Source: Planctomycetota bacterium (GTDB lineage Bacteria > Planctomycetota > UBA1135 > UBA2386). From it: 64,000 nt of DNA. Location: assembly GCA_965223545.1 (NCBI GenBank), contig OZ245006.1, forward strand, positions 7,584,001 through 7,648,000, given 5' to 3'. The notes below the pieces were generated by a model. That model was not told where the DNA came from. It did not search any database and saw only the letters and a list, made by a program, of their open reading frames with translations. A program made the translations under genes and the position numbers. Positions 20,611 to 33,197 of this stretch are shown one piece after another (the stretch's first letter is position 1; every line of letters begins with the position of its first letter).

Positions 20611-22434
20611 ATGCAACTCGCCCTTCGAATCGTTCCCCTGGCGCTGGGCATCGCCGCCGTCGCGCCGGGAGGGCTCACCGCGCAATGCGGCACCACCGTC
20701 AGCAGCTCCATCGGCACCGCCACTTGGACGCCGGCGGGCTCGCCCTACTGCGTCACGGCGCGGATCAACGTGGGCTCACTCACCATCCAGCCCGGCGTGG
20801 TCGTGCGCCTCAACACCGGCGCCTCGCTGAACGTGTCGACCAGCCTGCAGGCGGTCGGCACCGCGCAGCAGCCGATCGTGTTCCAGGCCTCCGCGTCCAA
20901 CCAGCGCTGGCGCGGGATCAGCTTCAGCGGTGCGGCGGCGACGGCGCAGCTGGCGTTCTGTCGTTTCTCCGGCACCGGCGGCACGCCGGCGCTGAACTTC
21001 ACCGACACCGTGCCCTCGATCAGCGACTGCTCGTTCACCGACAACCGCAGTGGCTGTGTGTCCGCGAACTTGGCGGCTGGCGACTTGGTGTTGTCCAACT
21101 GCTTGTTCGACGACACCGGTCCGGTCGGCGGGGCGGTCGCCGCCACCCTGGCGACCGGCAACCTCATCGTGCAGGACTGCACGTTCACCGAGAACGACGG
21201 CAACTCTTCGGGGATGGCGATCGAGGCCGTGCTCGCGCAGGGTGATCTGTCCGTCTCGGACTGCGACTTCAGCGGCAACAGCTCGCGCACTCACGGCGGG
21301 GCGATCTACGCCGATGTCGGCGGAACGGCCACCATCGCGCGGTGCACGTTTACCGGGAACAACGCCGATGCGCTCAATCGCACCGCCGAGCCCGCCGGTG
21401 GCGCTTTGTTCACGATCGGTGATGCGGTGGTGACGCAGTGCCGCTTCGACGGCAACTGGTCGCGCGGCCGGCGGACCGACAACACCGCGCTCGGGCGCGG
21501 CGGCGCGATCTACGCCGCGATCGGCAGCCTCACCTTGGACAACACGCTCTTCAGTGGCAACCGAGCCGAGGCGGCGTACCAGAACGCGACCTTGGCCGGC
21601 AGGGCGCGCGCCTTCGGCGGGGCGGTGTTCGCGAGCTTCGCTTCGCTGACTGCGACGAACTGCCTGTTCACCGGCAACTTCACCACCACGAGCGGGACGA
21701 CGGACACCGATGATCGGGGCGCGGGCATCTTCGCCGAGGCGCTGCCGGTGTCGCTGACCAACTGCACCGTGGTGCGGGGTGCGACGCTCTCCAACCAAGA
21801 CGCCGGCGTCTACTTCGCCGGCGGCGCGCACACGATCGTCAACTCGATCTTGTGGTTCAACGAAGGCGCGCAGATCGGTGGTGGCGGCAGCGTGACCGTC
21901 GACTACAGCAACGTCGAGGGCGCGCAGCCGCCCGCCGGTATCGGCAACCTCAACGTCGACCCGATGTTCGCCAACGGCACCGGCAGCTGCGACATCATCG
22001 TCGCCGGCTCGCCGTGCGTCGACGCGGGCGATCCGGATCCGGTGCACAACGACGTCTGCTTCCCGCCGTCGCTGGGTGGCGCGCGCAACGACATGGGCGC
22101 GCACGGAGGGCCGCAGGCCTGCCAGTGGGCCGGGGTCGGTGGCTTGCAGCTGGCGCCGAACGCGACGCAGCTGTCGACGCCGGCGCCGCTGACGCTGACC
22201 TTGACGAACGGTGTGCCCGGGGCTCCGGCCGCGTTCTTCATCGTCGCGGTCAACGGCACGCCGTTCCTCGCGGGGTTGCCGTTCGTCATCACCCTGTGTC
22301 CCGACCAGAGCGGCAGCCTGACGGTCAACGTGCCGGCGACCACGCCGGGCAACTCACTCGGGTTGCAGGGCTACTCGCTCGACACGAGCGGCGGCATCTC
22401 CGCCTCGAACGTGGTCACCGTGACGTTTCAGTAG
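20611..22434 (+). CDS. Secreted right-handed parallel beta-helix repeat protein
   Basis: Signal peptide; repeated C-x-F-x-x-N and GGAIY motifs; NSILW, YSNVEG, GN..VDPMF, SPCVDAGDP, RNDMGAHGG. Confidence 0.85.
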   Translation: MQLALRIVPLALGIAAVAPGGLTAQCGTTVSSSIGTATWTPAGSPYCVTARINVGSLTIQPGVVVRLNTGASLNVSTSLQAVGTAQQPIVFQASASNQRWRGISFSGAAATAQLAFCRFSGTGGTPALNFTDTVPSISDCSFTDNRSGCVSANLAAGDLVLSNCLFDDTGPVGGAVAATLATGNLIVQDCTFTENDGNSSGMAIEAVLAQGDLSVSDCDFSGNSSRTHGGAIYADVGGTATIARCTFTGNNADALNRTAEPAGGALFTIGDAVVTQCRFDGNWSRGRRTDNTALGRGGAIYAAIGSLTLDNTLFSGNRAEAAYQNATLAGRARAFGGAVFASFASLTATNCLFTGNFTTTSGTTDTDDRGAGIFAEALPVSLTNCTVVRGATLSNQDAGVYFAGGAHTIVNSILWFNEGAQIGGGGSVTVDYSNVEGAQPPAGIGNLNVDPMFANGTGSCDIIVAGSPCVDAGDPDPVHNDVCFPPSLGGARNDMGAHGGPQACQWAGVGGLQLAPNATQLSTPAPLTLTLTNGVPGAPAAFFIVAVNGTPFLAGLPFVITLCPDQSGSLTVNVPATTPGNSLGLQGYSLDTSGGISASNVVTVTFQ

Positions 22435-23215
22435 ATGAGCGCCGCCGCCACCAGGCGGCGGCGACCATGCACGGGAACACGACCAGGTTGTTGGCGTAGC
22501 GGCGCCACAGCCGCCGTGGCTCGCACACCAGGCGCCACAGCCACTCCAGGCCGCAGCGCTGCATCCAGCGCGGCGCGCGCCGCACGGTGCCGGCGACGAA
22601 GCTGAAGGTGACGCCGACCGCCATGATCGCGCGCGCGCGCACCAGAGGGCGCAGCTGCATCATCAGCCGCTCCTGCTTGGGCGAGCCGAGGCCGATGTAG
22701 AGCAGGTCGGGGTCGGCGCGGTTGATGCGTTCGACCATCGCCTCGACGTAGTCCGCGTCGTTCTCGAAGCCGAACGGCGGGCAATCGATTCCGCACAGGC
22801 CGTCGCTACCGGCCTCCGCCGCGATCACCGCGGCGGCGCGCTCGGCGTCGCCCGGCGTGCCGCCGAGAAAGTAGTAGCGCAGGCCCCGTCGTGCGGCTTC
22901 CACCGCACTGCGCGGCATCAGGTCACTGCCGGCGACGCGCTCCGGCAGGTCCTTGCCGAGCAGGCGCGAGGCCCACACGAGCGGCTTGCCGTCGGCGATC
23001 ACCAGGCTGCCCGTGGCGCAGAGCTCGATAAACTCGGAGTCGTGCCTGCCGCGAACGACGTGGTCGACGTTCGGCGTGAACACGAGGTGCGGCGCCCCGT
23101 CCTGCCGTCGTGCCAGAGTGAGGAGGCGTTCGGTTGCCTGCTCGAGTGTGACCGCGTCGAACGAGACGCCGAACAGCTCGACGCACCGGCCTCGGTCGGG
23201 CGGGAGTGGGTTCAT
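22415..23215 (-). CDS. WecB/TagA/CpsF-family glycosyltransferase (start approximate)
   Basis: [59 protein letters not shown]. Confidence 0.92.
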   Translation of the reverse strand: MNPLPPDRGRCVELFGVSFDAVTLEQATERLLTLARRQDGAPHLVFTPNVDHVVRGRHDSEFIELCATGSLVIADGKPLVWASRLLGKDLPERVAGSDLMPRSAVEAARRGLRYYFLGGTPGDAERAAAVIAAEAGSDGLCGIDCPPFGFENDADYVEAMVERINRADPDLLYIGLGSPKQERLMMQLRPLVRARAIMAVGVTFSFVAGTVRRAPRWMQRCGLEWLWRLVCEPRRLWRRYANNLVVFPCMVAAAWWRRRSSTETSR

Positions 23216-23433
23216 GCCGGACGGCGAACCCGGGTCTGGGGCCGCGTCTGCGGGCGGCGACGCCACGGGTGGCGGGGGTTGCGAGTCGGTGGAAGGCACG
23301 GTTTGGCGCACTGGGTGTGCGCCAGGGACATCGGCTGCCGGCGGCCTGTGCCTTGATGTGGCGCAGGTGTGCTCCTGGGCGTCGCGGCCGTGGTGTGCTG
23401 ACGGAGGCATGCGGGTGGACTAGGCTCTGCGGC

Positions 23434-25553
<2,120 letters not shown>

Positions 25554-25563
<10 letters not shown>

Positions 25564-25859
25564 TCGAAGTAGAGATCGACGAAGCGCTGCACTTCGTCCG
25601 CGGTGGCCGTGTCGAGCGCGTGGCGGTCGGTCGCGTCACCGATCGCGGTGCGCAGCTGGCGCAGGGCGGCGGTTTCCAGCAGGAACGCCGGAAACGCCTC
25701 GCCCGGATGTGGGGGCTCGACCATGGCGCGCAGCCGTGGTAGCCAGGCCTGCTGCGCGTGAGAGGAGTTCTGCAAGAGGAGCCGCCGCGCTTCGACGTCG
25801 AGGGCCCAGGGATCGTCGATGGACTCCAGCGACGGCACGGTGGTGGGGGGAACGGTCAT
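25554..25859 (-). CDS. Hypothetical 101-aa protein
   Basis: Protein-like composition at the end of a long ORF; fills the gap convergent with the YyaL gene. Confidence 0.55.
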
Positions 25860-26036
25860 GGGTGGGGGACACCGGTCGAATGGGTCGGTTCCGACCCACC
25901 GCTTGCATCGAGCCCTGAGGGTCGGGGACTTGAGCCTGGCCGGGCGGCGGCGGTGTTTGCGGATCCGCGCGCGATCACCCAAGATCAACGCAGGCTTGGC
26001 CGGCGGGTTGGCCGCCGCCAGCGTTCGCGAAAGCCC

Positions 26037-26870
26037 GTGTCCACGTTCTCCAGCTTCACGTCCCGCTTGCTGTCGCCGGCCGAGCGCGCGGCCGCGGAGG
26101 CGATCGCGGTGCGCGCGGGTGCGCACGGGGTCTACGTCGGCAACCGGTTGGCCGGAGATCGGGTGTCGAGCGAGAGTGGTTGCATCCTCGGGCTGTACTC
26201 GGATGACGCGTTGGCCGGGGTGGCCTTCTTCGGCGAGCGCGGCAACCTGATTCTGTTGCAGGGCGGCGACCTGGATCCGCCCGCGGTTGCCGACGCGGTG
26301 CGCGACAGCGGCTTGGCGTGGCGCATCGTCCTGGGGCCGGAGTCGTGGGTCGGCGCGCTGGCGGCGCGCGAGGCACAGGAGCCCCTCGTGCACCGGCGCC
26401 AGCTGTACTACGCGGTCGACGCCGCGGCCGCGGTGGACTTGCCGGCCTCGGCGGCCGTGCGCGCCGCGGGTCGGCGCGACCAGTCGCGGCTGATGCAGGC
26501 CGCGCTCGACCTCAACCTCGTCGACCTGTGCGTCGACCCGGCGCGGGTACACCGCGCTTGGTTGCGCGACGCGATCCGCCGGCGCGTGCGCGCCGGCCAG
26601 ACTTTCGTCATGGGTGAGCCGGGCCAGCCCACGTGCAAGCTCGACATCGGCAGCGCCGGTTCGTTCGGCGTCGTCATCGAGGGCGTCTACACCTTCCCGG
26701 AGGAACGCGGACGGGGGCTGGCGACCGCGTTGGTCGCCGGGGTGGCGCGCGCCGCGGACTCGCCGCTCGTCTGTCTGCACGTGGCGGAATCCAACCGCGC
26801 GGCACGCCACGCCTACGAGTCGGCCGGCATGCGGTCGCACGGCGTGCTCGGTTTGCTGCTGCGTTGCTGA
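26037..26870 (+). CDS. GNAT-family N-acetyltransferase
   Basis: C-terminal IEGVYTFPEERGRGLA...CLHVAESNRAARHAYESAGM. Confidence 0.85.
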   Translation: MSTFSSFTSRLLSPAERAAAEAIAVRAGAHGVYVGNRLAGDRVSSESGCILGLYSDDALAGVAFFGERGNLILLQGGDLDPPAVADAVRDSGLAWRIVLGPESWVGALAAREAQEPLVHRRQLYYAVDAAAAVDLPASAAVRAAGRRDQSRLMQAALDLNLVDLCVDPARVHRAWLRDAIRRRVRAGQTFVMGEPGQPTCKLDIGSAGSFGVVIEGVYTFPEERGRGLATALVAGVARAADSPLVCLHVAESNRAARHAYESAGMRSHGVLGLLLRC

Positions 26871-26884
26871 GACCGAGGCGCGTG

Positions 26885-27487
26885 TCAGGGGGAGTCCGCG
26901 CCCGGTTCCCGCAGCCGCTCCGCGAGCGTCGCCAGGCCGCGCGCCACGAGCCCTCGCACGGCGGATTCGGTTACATCGAGGCGCCGGGCGACGTCCGCGT
27001 AGCCGAGCCCGAGCAGCTTGACGTAGGCGATCGCGTCGCGCTGGGCATCGGGCAGCTGCGCAACCGTACGTTCGATCCGGTCCAGCTCCTCGCGCGCGCT
27101 GGCGATCTGACTCGGCGTTGCCACGGGTCCGTAGGCCCGGAGGAGAGCCTGCGTGGCGTGGTCGTCGAGCGGCACGCGCTTGGCGACGTCGCGCTGTGCG
27201 CGGCGGTAGTACTTGTTGCGGTCGAGGATCTTGCGCGTCGCGAGGAGGAACAACCAGCTGCGGAGCTGTGCGTCGCCTCGGTAGTCGATCGCGGACAGGT
27301 GGTCGAGGGCTTCGCGGCAGACCGATTGCACCAGGTCGCCGACCGACTCCTGCTCCTGGAGCATGGCCCCGGCGCGAACGCGGACGAACGCTTGCAACGG
27401 CGGCATGTGCTCGGCGACGAGCTTGGCCAGGGCGGCGCGGTCCCCGCGCTGGGCGTCCACTACGGTTTGTCGGAGACGGTCGGCCAT
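26885..27487 (-). CDS. ECF-type RNA polymerase sigma-70 factor
   Basis: AQRGDRAAL, DLVQS, LRSWL...ATRKILD (region 2); TPS linker; LPDAQRDAI...GLGYADVARRLDVTESAVRGLVARG (region 4). Confidence 0.9.
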   Translation of the reverse strand: MADRLRQTVVDAQRGDRAALAKLVAEHMPPLQAFVRVRAGAMLQEQESVGDLVQSVCREALDHLSAIDYRGDAQLRSWLFLLATRKILDRNKYYRRAQRDVAKRVPLDDHATQALLRAYGPVATPSQIASAREELDRIERTVAQLPDAQRDAIAYVKLLGLGYADVARRLDVTESAVRGLVARGLATLAERLREPGADSP

Positions 27488-27556
27488 ACTGTGCCGTCGG
27501 TAGCGCTCCGCGGCCGGGGAAAACGGTATCACAGGCACGGGTAGGTCCGGCCCGGG

Positions 27557-27596
27557 CTGCAGTGGAGAGCGACGCCCCGTGGGACGGCGTTTGCGG
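27557..27596 (-). promoter_or_regulatory. Candidate ECF promoter upstream of the sigma gene
   Basis: Minus strand CCGCAAAC-N14-CGTCGCTCTCC-N3-GCAG; near-identical copy at 31517-31556. Confidence 0.6.
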
Positions 27597-27708
27597 GTTC
27601 TCGACTTTCTCGCAACGCGCTCGCGAGGTTCCGAGTGCATGCCGCGCTCGACCGCGAGCCGGCGTCCCACCGGCGGGTCTTCGCCGCACCCCGCCGCCGG
27701 TGATCGAG

Positions 27709-29937
27709 CTACAGGCCGATCGTCACGCGCAGTCGGTTCGAGCCGGCGATTCCCGGCAGTGATGGGCACGGCGAGCTGCTGCCGCCGAGCGTGATCCACT
27801 GCACGTCGACGCTGGCGCCGAGGGCGTTGTAGAGTGCGCAGGAGATTGGCGACGGAACCTCGGCGCTGCCGCCGACCAGCGGGACGGGGACCGTGATCAG
27901 CTGGATCACGAAGGTGCAGCTGCCGCACGCGTAGGTGAGGTTCGGCAGACCCATGTAGAAGAGCGCGGTGGGCGCGGTTGGGTCGGCGCCGTCGAGTCGG
28001 TAGCGGAAGCTCGGATTGCCGACCGCGACCGGCCCGATCGTACTGGCAGTACCGCCACCCGTGCAGCCACCGCCGAGCGAAACGACCGGGCCACCAGGCC
28101 CGAGTGCCTCGAAACGCTGGGCCTGGAGCGAGGTCGACAGACTCGTGCTGGCGACGCTGGAGAACACCACCAGGGCCTCGTCGCCCTTGCCGCCACCGTG
28201 GAACTCCGAGGCGATCGCGGGGTGCGCGTCGTAGGCGCCGACCGCACTGCCGACCACCGCCTCGTCGCCACAGGCCGCGCACGCCGGGCTGAACGCCCGT
28301 AAACGCAGGTCGTAGTCGAGAAACCCGACTCCTTCGCGAGACCAGGCGATCAGATACTTGGTGCCGAGCCAGGCCACCGCCGGAGTTCGTTCGTCGACCG
28401 TCGGGTTGGCGGCGATCGCCACCGGCGCCGCCGCCAGCAGGCGACTGCCGTTCCAGGACAGCGGCGTGCCGATCACGTCGCCCGACAGAGAGGTCGGTAG
28501 CGACAGCTCGCGGTAGACCAGGACGAAGCTGCGGCCGTCTCCGTCGACCGCGGGGGTCGACGCCAGACCGCTCGTCGTCACCGTCGTGGCTGGTGACAAC
28601 GCGGCGAGGTCGCGGTCGAACAGGCGCGCACCGACATCACCGGCCGACGACCGCCAGGCCACGACAAAGCGCCCGAGAACGCCGCCGGAACGGCTGATGC
28701 ACGCGTCACCGGCGCCCGGGTCGGCGACCAGCAAGCTGTCGCTCAGCACCATCGGCGGCGAGATCACGGTCGGGAAGTTGAGTCGCAGCTGGATCTGCGC
28801 GCCGCGCACGCCTTCACCGGGTCGCGTCCACACCAGCACCACGTCGTCGTCAACCACCGTCACCTCGCTGCCGAGAGCCGGCTCGACGTCCTGCGCGCTC
28901 GCCTGCGTGACCTGCACGATGATCGACCGTTGGCCGTCACCTTCCACGCCCCGCACCCACAGGTCCCAGGGTCCGAACGGGGATGCCGCCTCCTGCCAAA
29001 CGACCGCGAAGCGGCCCGACTGTGCGACGAAGGCGGCGGTGGGCGAAGTCGACAGCGCGGTGTTGTTGGCGTCGATGCGCAGCAGGCCGGTCAGCGGTGC
29101 GCCGCTGGGGTCCACGATCAGGCCGCGAACCTCCGCCGACGTCGCCGCGAGTCGCCGGCTCCAGACGACGAGGTAGCGGCCGGACCGCGCGTTGCACGCA
29201 ATGTCCGGCTCCGTGTCACCGGCTGTCGCGCTGATCGAGAACACGGTCGAGATCAGCGGGTCCAGCTCCAGCGGGAACGCCGCCGCCTCGACCGCGGCGG
29301 CCGGCAGGCGCAGCTCCAGCAGCCCGTCGCGCCACGCCATCGCCATTGGCCAGCGCCGTCCCGTGGCATCGACCGCGACGGCGCGTCCGATGTCGACGCC
29401 CACCCCGGGCCGGGCTCGCAACGCCAGACCGGCGTCGCACCGGCCTGCCGGCGGCGCGGCCAGGGTCGAGCCGACGCGGACCAGGGCCACGAGGTCGCCA
29501 TCCCCCGGGGGCCGGGCTGCCAGCTCGACCGCGTGCTTGAGGCCGTCGCTACGCACTTCGAACGTCTCGGTCACGCGCGCCGTGTGCCGGTAGTGCACGC
29601 GGCGGTCTCCGGCCCGGGCCGGCTTGCTGTCGGAGCCCCAGCTCGCGACCGTCCGCTCGCCGCGGCGCAGCTGCACGAGCCCGACCTCGATGGCGTGCAG
29701 CTCTGCCTCGGCGGGCAACGCCGGCACGAATCTCGCCCCGGACGAGGTGAATTCGACGCTGTAGTCGGGTCCACCTCCGGCAAGGCCCACCTCTTCCGAC
29801 CAGATGCCGCAGGCGTCGGCGATGGCGTCCCGTGCGGCATGCGGCGGCGGCTCGGCGGTGGTGGGCGTGGGTTGTGCGGCCAGGCTCGCCGCCGCGGCGA
29901 GCGAGAGGGCACAGACAAGGAACGTGTCGCGAGTCAT
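27709..29937 (-). CDS. Large secreted hypothetical protein (beta-repeat core, Cys-containing C-terminal domain)
   Basis: Signal peptide ending SLAAQ; repeated P-x-x-A...(Y/F)-L-V-V-W motifs; ATGA overlap with upstream gene. Confidence 0.8.
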   Translation of the reverse strand: MTRDTFLVCALSLAAAASLAAQPTPTTAEPPPHAARDAIADACGIWSEEVGLAGGGPDYSVEFTSSGARFVPALPAEAELHAIEVGLVQLRRGERTVASWGSDSKPARAGDRRVHYRHTARVTETFEVRSDGLKHAVELAARPPGDGDLVALVRVGSTLAAPPAGRCDAGLALRARPGVGVDIGRAVAVDATGRRWPMAMAWRDGLLELRLPAAAVEAAAFPLELDPLISTVFSISATAGDTEPDIACNARSGRYLVVWSRRLAATSAEVRGLIVDPSGAPLTGLLRIDANNTALSTSPTAAFVAQSGRFAVVWQEAASPFGPWDLWVRGVEGDGQRSIIVQVTQASAQDVEPALGSEVTVVDDDVVLVWTRPGEGVRGAQIQLRLNFPTVISPPMVLSDSLLVADPGAGDACISRSGGVLGRFVVAWRSSAGDVGARLFDRDLAALSPATTVTTSGLASTPAVDGDGRSFVLVYRELSLPTSLSGDVIGTPLSWNGSRLLAAAPVAIAANPTVDERTPAVAWLGTKYLIAWSREGVGFLDYDLRLRAFSPACAACGDEAVVGSAVGAYDAHPAIASEFHGGGKGDEALVVFSSVASTSLSTSLQAQRFEALGPGGPVVSLGGGCTGGGTASTIGPVAVGNPSFRYRLDGADPTAPTALFYMGLPNLTYACGSCTFVIQLITVPVPLVGGSAEVPSPISCALYNALGASVDVQWITLGGSSSPCPSLPGIAGSNRLRVTIGL

Positions 29938-31475
29938 TGGATGGTCACCTCCAGCGCGTTGGACAAGTCCGCCCCCAGCGGCGAACACGTGTTGCCGATG
30001 CGCAGCAACGCCCATTGCGTGTAGAACGTCACGCCGCGCAGCGAGGCGAACGGCGGCATCGCGATCGGCACCTCTTTGAAGCTGGTAATGCCGGTCCCCT
30101 TGATCACCGCGATGCCCACCGCCGGGTCTGGTACCAGGACGCAACCGCTGCACGGCGCATCGAGCCGCCGCGGACTCACCAGCAAGACTCCGCGGGTGAA
30201 GATGTCGATGTCGTGTCGCGCGCGGAGGGTGAACGCCGCATGGTCAGCCCGGGCGCACGATGCGAAGGCCTCACCACCCAGACCGCAGCCTCCGCCCAGG
30301 TCGCGCGAGACGCCGTCGGAGACGAACAGCGTGCGGGCCTGAATCGCAGTCGTGTTGTTGTCGCCCTCGGCCCAGACGAACAGTGCCCGGCTGGCGTCAC
30401 CACCGCCGCCATTGGCGGCGGACGACGCGCCGAACACGGTGTCGTTCTGGTCCTGTTCGAGGGCGAATTGGGGCTCGCACAGCTCCACCGTGAAGGGGTC
30501 GGCCGACCGCGCGTACAAGTCTTGTTGGATGGAGAACGGCGGCGAGGACACATCGGCGATCGCAGCCGATCCGCCGAGCCAGCTGGCTGCCTTGGCAAAG
30601 GCGAACGGCGACGACGACAGGCCATTGGCCGTCTGTGCGACCGTACCCGTGCGTGGATCGAAGGTGATCGAGAACGCCGCGGCGCGCGCCGCGACGACCC
30701 AGGTGCGGCCGTCGCCATCGACACTGCCGATGGTGTCGGTCGCGATCGGGAACGGCGATGTCAATGGCGTGAGGTCCATCCCGCACACCATGCCGAACGC
30801 CCCCAGGGTGGTGGTCAGGCGCCGCCACACCACCAGCAGGCGACGGTGTGGCCCGCCGGTGTGCGCCACGCGGACGTCGAGCACGCGTCCGGAGATCGAC
30901 GCCAGCCGCTGCGAAGGGAACGCCGCCAGCGTGCCCGAACGACTGATCACGAGCAGCTTGGCGCGCATGATCGTGGTGCTGGAGCTGAGCTGGTCGGGAT
31001 ACACCGCCACTGCCGCGTCCGGTTGGTCTGCGGCTTCGCCCGCGACGTCGACCAGGTTCGGCGTGATCTGGTTGACGGTGGCGACGCTGACCGTGTTCGA
31101 CAGCGCGCCGTTGGCGAACACCGCCCGCGCCTTGATGATCCCCGGTTGCTCGGTCCAGACGACGACGAAGGCGTCGCGTTCGTTGATGTTGGCGACCACC
31201 GGCTGCACGTAGCCGCTGGTCGCCGCGACCCGAATCGAACCGGCGCCAAAGCCGGTGCCGTCATCGCGCACCAGGCGTGCGTGCACCCCGTCGGCAAACG
31301 ACCAGACCACCAGGTAGCGGTCGGAATCTCGGTCGTATGCGACATCGGGATGGCGCGGCTGGAACGCCGTGCGGCCGAACACGGCGAACTCGGGTCCGGT
31401 CACGGTTTGGGCAGGGGCGGTAGCGGCGACCGGAAGAGACGCGAGGCAGGCCGCGAGCAAGGCTCGATGCGACAT
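29934..31475 (-). CDS. Secreted hypothetical protein, related to the downstream gene
   Basis: AAGGAG RBS, signal peptide ending APAQ, PDVAY...YLVVWS repeats, LGGGC...SNALEVTIQ C-terminus. Confidence 0.8.
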   Translation of the reverse strand: MSHRALLAACLASLPVAATAPAQTVTGPEFAVFGRTAFQPRHPDVAYDRDSDRYLVVWSFADGVHARLVRDDGTGFGAGSIRVAATSGYVQPVVANINERDAFVVVWTEQPGIIKARAVFANGALSNTVSVATVNQITPNLVDVAGEAADQPDAAVAVYPDQLSSSTTIMRAKLLVISRSGTLAAFPSQRLASISGRVLDVRVAHTGGPHRRLLVVWRRLTTTLGAFGMVCGMDLTPLTSPFPIATDTIGSVDGDGRTWVVAARAAAFSITFDPRTGTVAQTANGLSSSPFAFAKAASWLGGSAAIADVSSPPFSIQQDLYARSADPFTVELCEPQFALEQDQNDTVFGASSAANGGGGDASRALFVWAEGDNNTTAIQARTLFVSDGVSRDLGGGCGLGGEAFASCARADHAAFTLRARHDIDIFTRGVLLVSPRRLDAPCSGCVLVPDPAVGIAVIKGTGITSFKEVPIAMPPFASLRGVTFYTQWALLRIGNTCSPLGADLSNALEVTIQ

Positions 31476-31516
31476 GTGGAGAGACTCCTTTGGCAAGGGG
31501 GGGCGTCGAGGCGGCC

Positions 31517-31556
31517 CTGCCAGGGAGAGCGACGGCGGCGGCTCGGGTGTTCGCGG
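31517..31556 (-). promoter_or_regulatory. Candidate ECF promoter upstream of the secreted-protein operon
   Basis: Minus strand CCGCGAAC-N14-CGTCGCTCTCC-N3-GCAG. Confidence 0.6.
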
Positions 31557-31639
31557 TGCGCGCGGGATTTCCGCGGCGACCGGGCCCGACGCCCGCGGGT
31601 CGACGCGGCGAAGTGATGAACGGGAGCCTGACCTGAAAC

Positions 31640-33022
31640 TCACCCAGCCTCGGCGATCGGTATGAGCTTGTACCCGAGGGATTTAGCGTTCTGTCGGAGT
31701 CCGACGATGCGTCGCTGGGTGAAGCGCTCCTCGTAGGCCTTGGCGCCTTCGTCTACGTAGTCCTGGCCGAACTTCAGCATGCGGTAGATGAGCAGGGCCA
31801 GTTTGCGGGCGATGGCAAAGATGGCGACGTTGCCGTCCTTCGCGCGGGCGATCTTGCGGAAGTGTGCGCCGAGAGCTGTCTGAGTACGTTGGAGGGACAG
31901 GGCGGCCATCCGGAGGACCGTGGCGATCCTGCTGACCGCGATGTTGTTGCGGTGCTTCTTGATGCGCTTTCCACCCGAGACGGCTTGACGTGGGCACAGG
32001 CGTAGCCAGGAGACGAAGTGCTTCTCGGTCGGGAAAGCTTCGAGGTCGTAGCCGACCTCGGTGAGCACGATCATGGCCGTGCTCGGGCTGATACCGTCGA
32101 TTCGCGTGAGATCACACCCGACGAGCCGGCAGAGGGCATCGCGAAGCTCCCGGCCGCCCTTCGTTCGGATGCTCCTCTCCTTGCGGGGGTCTGGATGCTC
32201 GGGGACGTCGGCCGTCTTGGCTTCCTCCGGTTGCAGGTCCTCGATCATCGCCATCAATCGCTTCTCGACCGACTCGATCTCGTGGTCGGTGTGCTCGAGC
32301 ATCCGCAAGCCCGAAGCGAGAGTGAAGATGTGCTCCTCGATCCAGGTCCCTTGCAAGTGATCCGCGAGCTCCTTCTCGGAGATCTTGCAGCGCGGATCAC
32401 GCAGTCTGGCGAGCGCTCGAGGGTCGCGTTCACCAGCGAGAATCGCGCGGATGATCGCGAGGCCGGTCTTGCCGGTGATGTCCGTTACCGCGCGATGGAT
32501 CGCCACGTTCATCTGATCCAGTGACCGCTGCATCAACTGCGTGTGGCGCGTGCGCTGCGCGATCAAAGACGCGGCATGGCGTTGCAGGGTCCGCAACGCA
32601 CAGATGTCCTTCGGAGGCCGGAACGAAGCGCGAATGAGGCCATAGGTGTGTAGCTTCTGCAGCCAACTGCAATCGCTGGCATCGGACTTGGAGCGGCCCG
32701 GCACGTTCTTCACCTCGCGGGCATTCGCGAGGATGACCTCGAAGCCTCTCGACTCGAGTAGCTCGTAGACGGGAATCCAGTAGACATAGGTGCTCTCCAT
32801 CGCGACGGATCGCACTCCGAGCTCCTCCAGCCAGTCCGCGAGCGCCTCTAGCTGGGGCGTCGTCGTTCCGAATCGCTTGATCGGACGACTGCCGTCGGGT
32901 GCTGCTGCGCACACCCAGTGCTCGCGGCTGCCGATGTCGATTCCGGCGGCGTTGGGCTTCACGACTGGCAATACTTCCGCTGCGGGCTTCTTGCCCTTCC
33001 TCGTTCTGCTCTTCCCAGCCAT
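31640..33022 (-). CDS. IS110-family transposase (DEDD recombinase)
   Basis: GIDIG, AMESTYVYW, KSDASDC (RuvC-like DEDD); IDGIS...EVG.DL.AFPT.KHFVSWLRLCP...SGGK; AIARKLA. Confidence 0.95.
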   Translation of the reverse strand: MAGKSRTRKGKKPAAEVLPVVKPNAAGIDIGSREHWVCAAAPDGSRPIKRFGTTTPQLEALADWLEELGVRSVAMESTYVYWIPVYELLESRGFEVILANAREVKNVPGRSKSDASDCSWLQKLHTYGLIRASFRPPKDICALRTLQRHAASLIAQRTRHTQLMQRSLDQMNVAIHRAVTDITGKTGLAIIRAILAGERDPRALARLRDPRCKISEKELADHLQGTWIEEHIFTLASGLRMLEHTDHEIESVEKRLMAMIEDLQPEEAKTADVPEHPDPRKERSIRTKGGRELRDALCRLVGCDLTRIDGISPSTAMIVLTEVGYDLEAFPTEKHFVSWLRLCPRQAVSGGKRIKKHRNNIAVSRIATVLRMAALSLQRTQTALGAHFRKIARAKDGNVAIFAIARKLALLIYRMLKFGQDYVDEGAKAYEERFTQRRIVGLRQNAKSLGYKLIPIAEAG

Positions 33023-33044
33023 ACTTCATCCTCATTGTTGTGGT

Positions 33045-33197
33045 GGGCCCGGCCCGAGGCGGCGATCAAACGAATCTGACCTGCGGGAGTGGGCACGGCG
33101 ACGTGCCCCTCACCAGTGAAGGATGGCCAACTCGGACCCAGACTGGCTCTGGGGCAAACGTGCTCCAGTGGCTATTGGGGGCGTAGCTGCCGGGCCC
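33045..33197 (-). ncRNA. Putative IS110 bridge RNA core (ends approximate)
   Basis: Closed by a 9-bp stem GGGCCCGGC/GCCGGGCCC; two CACTGG-hairpin-CCCR-guide-AG modules whose guides match the flank and the right end. Confidence 0.7.
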
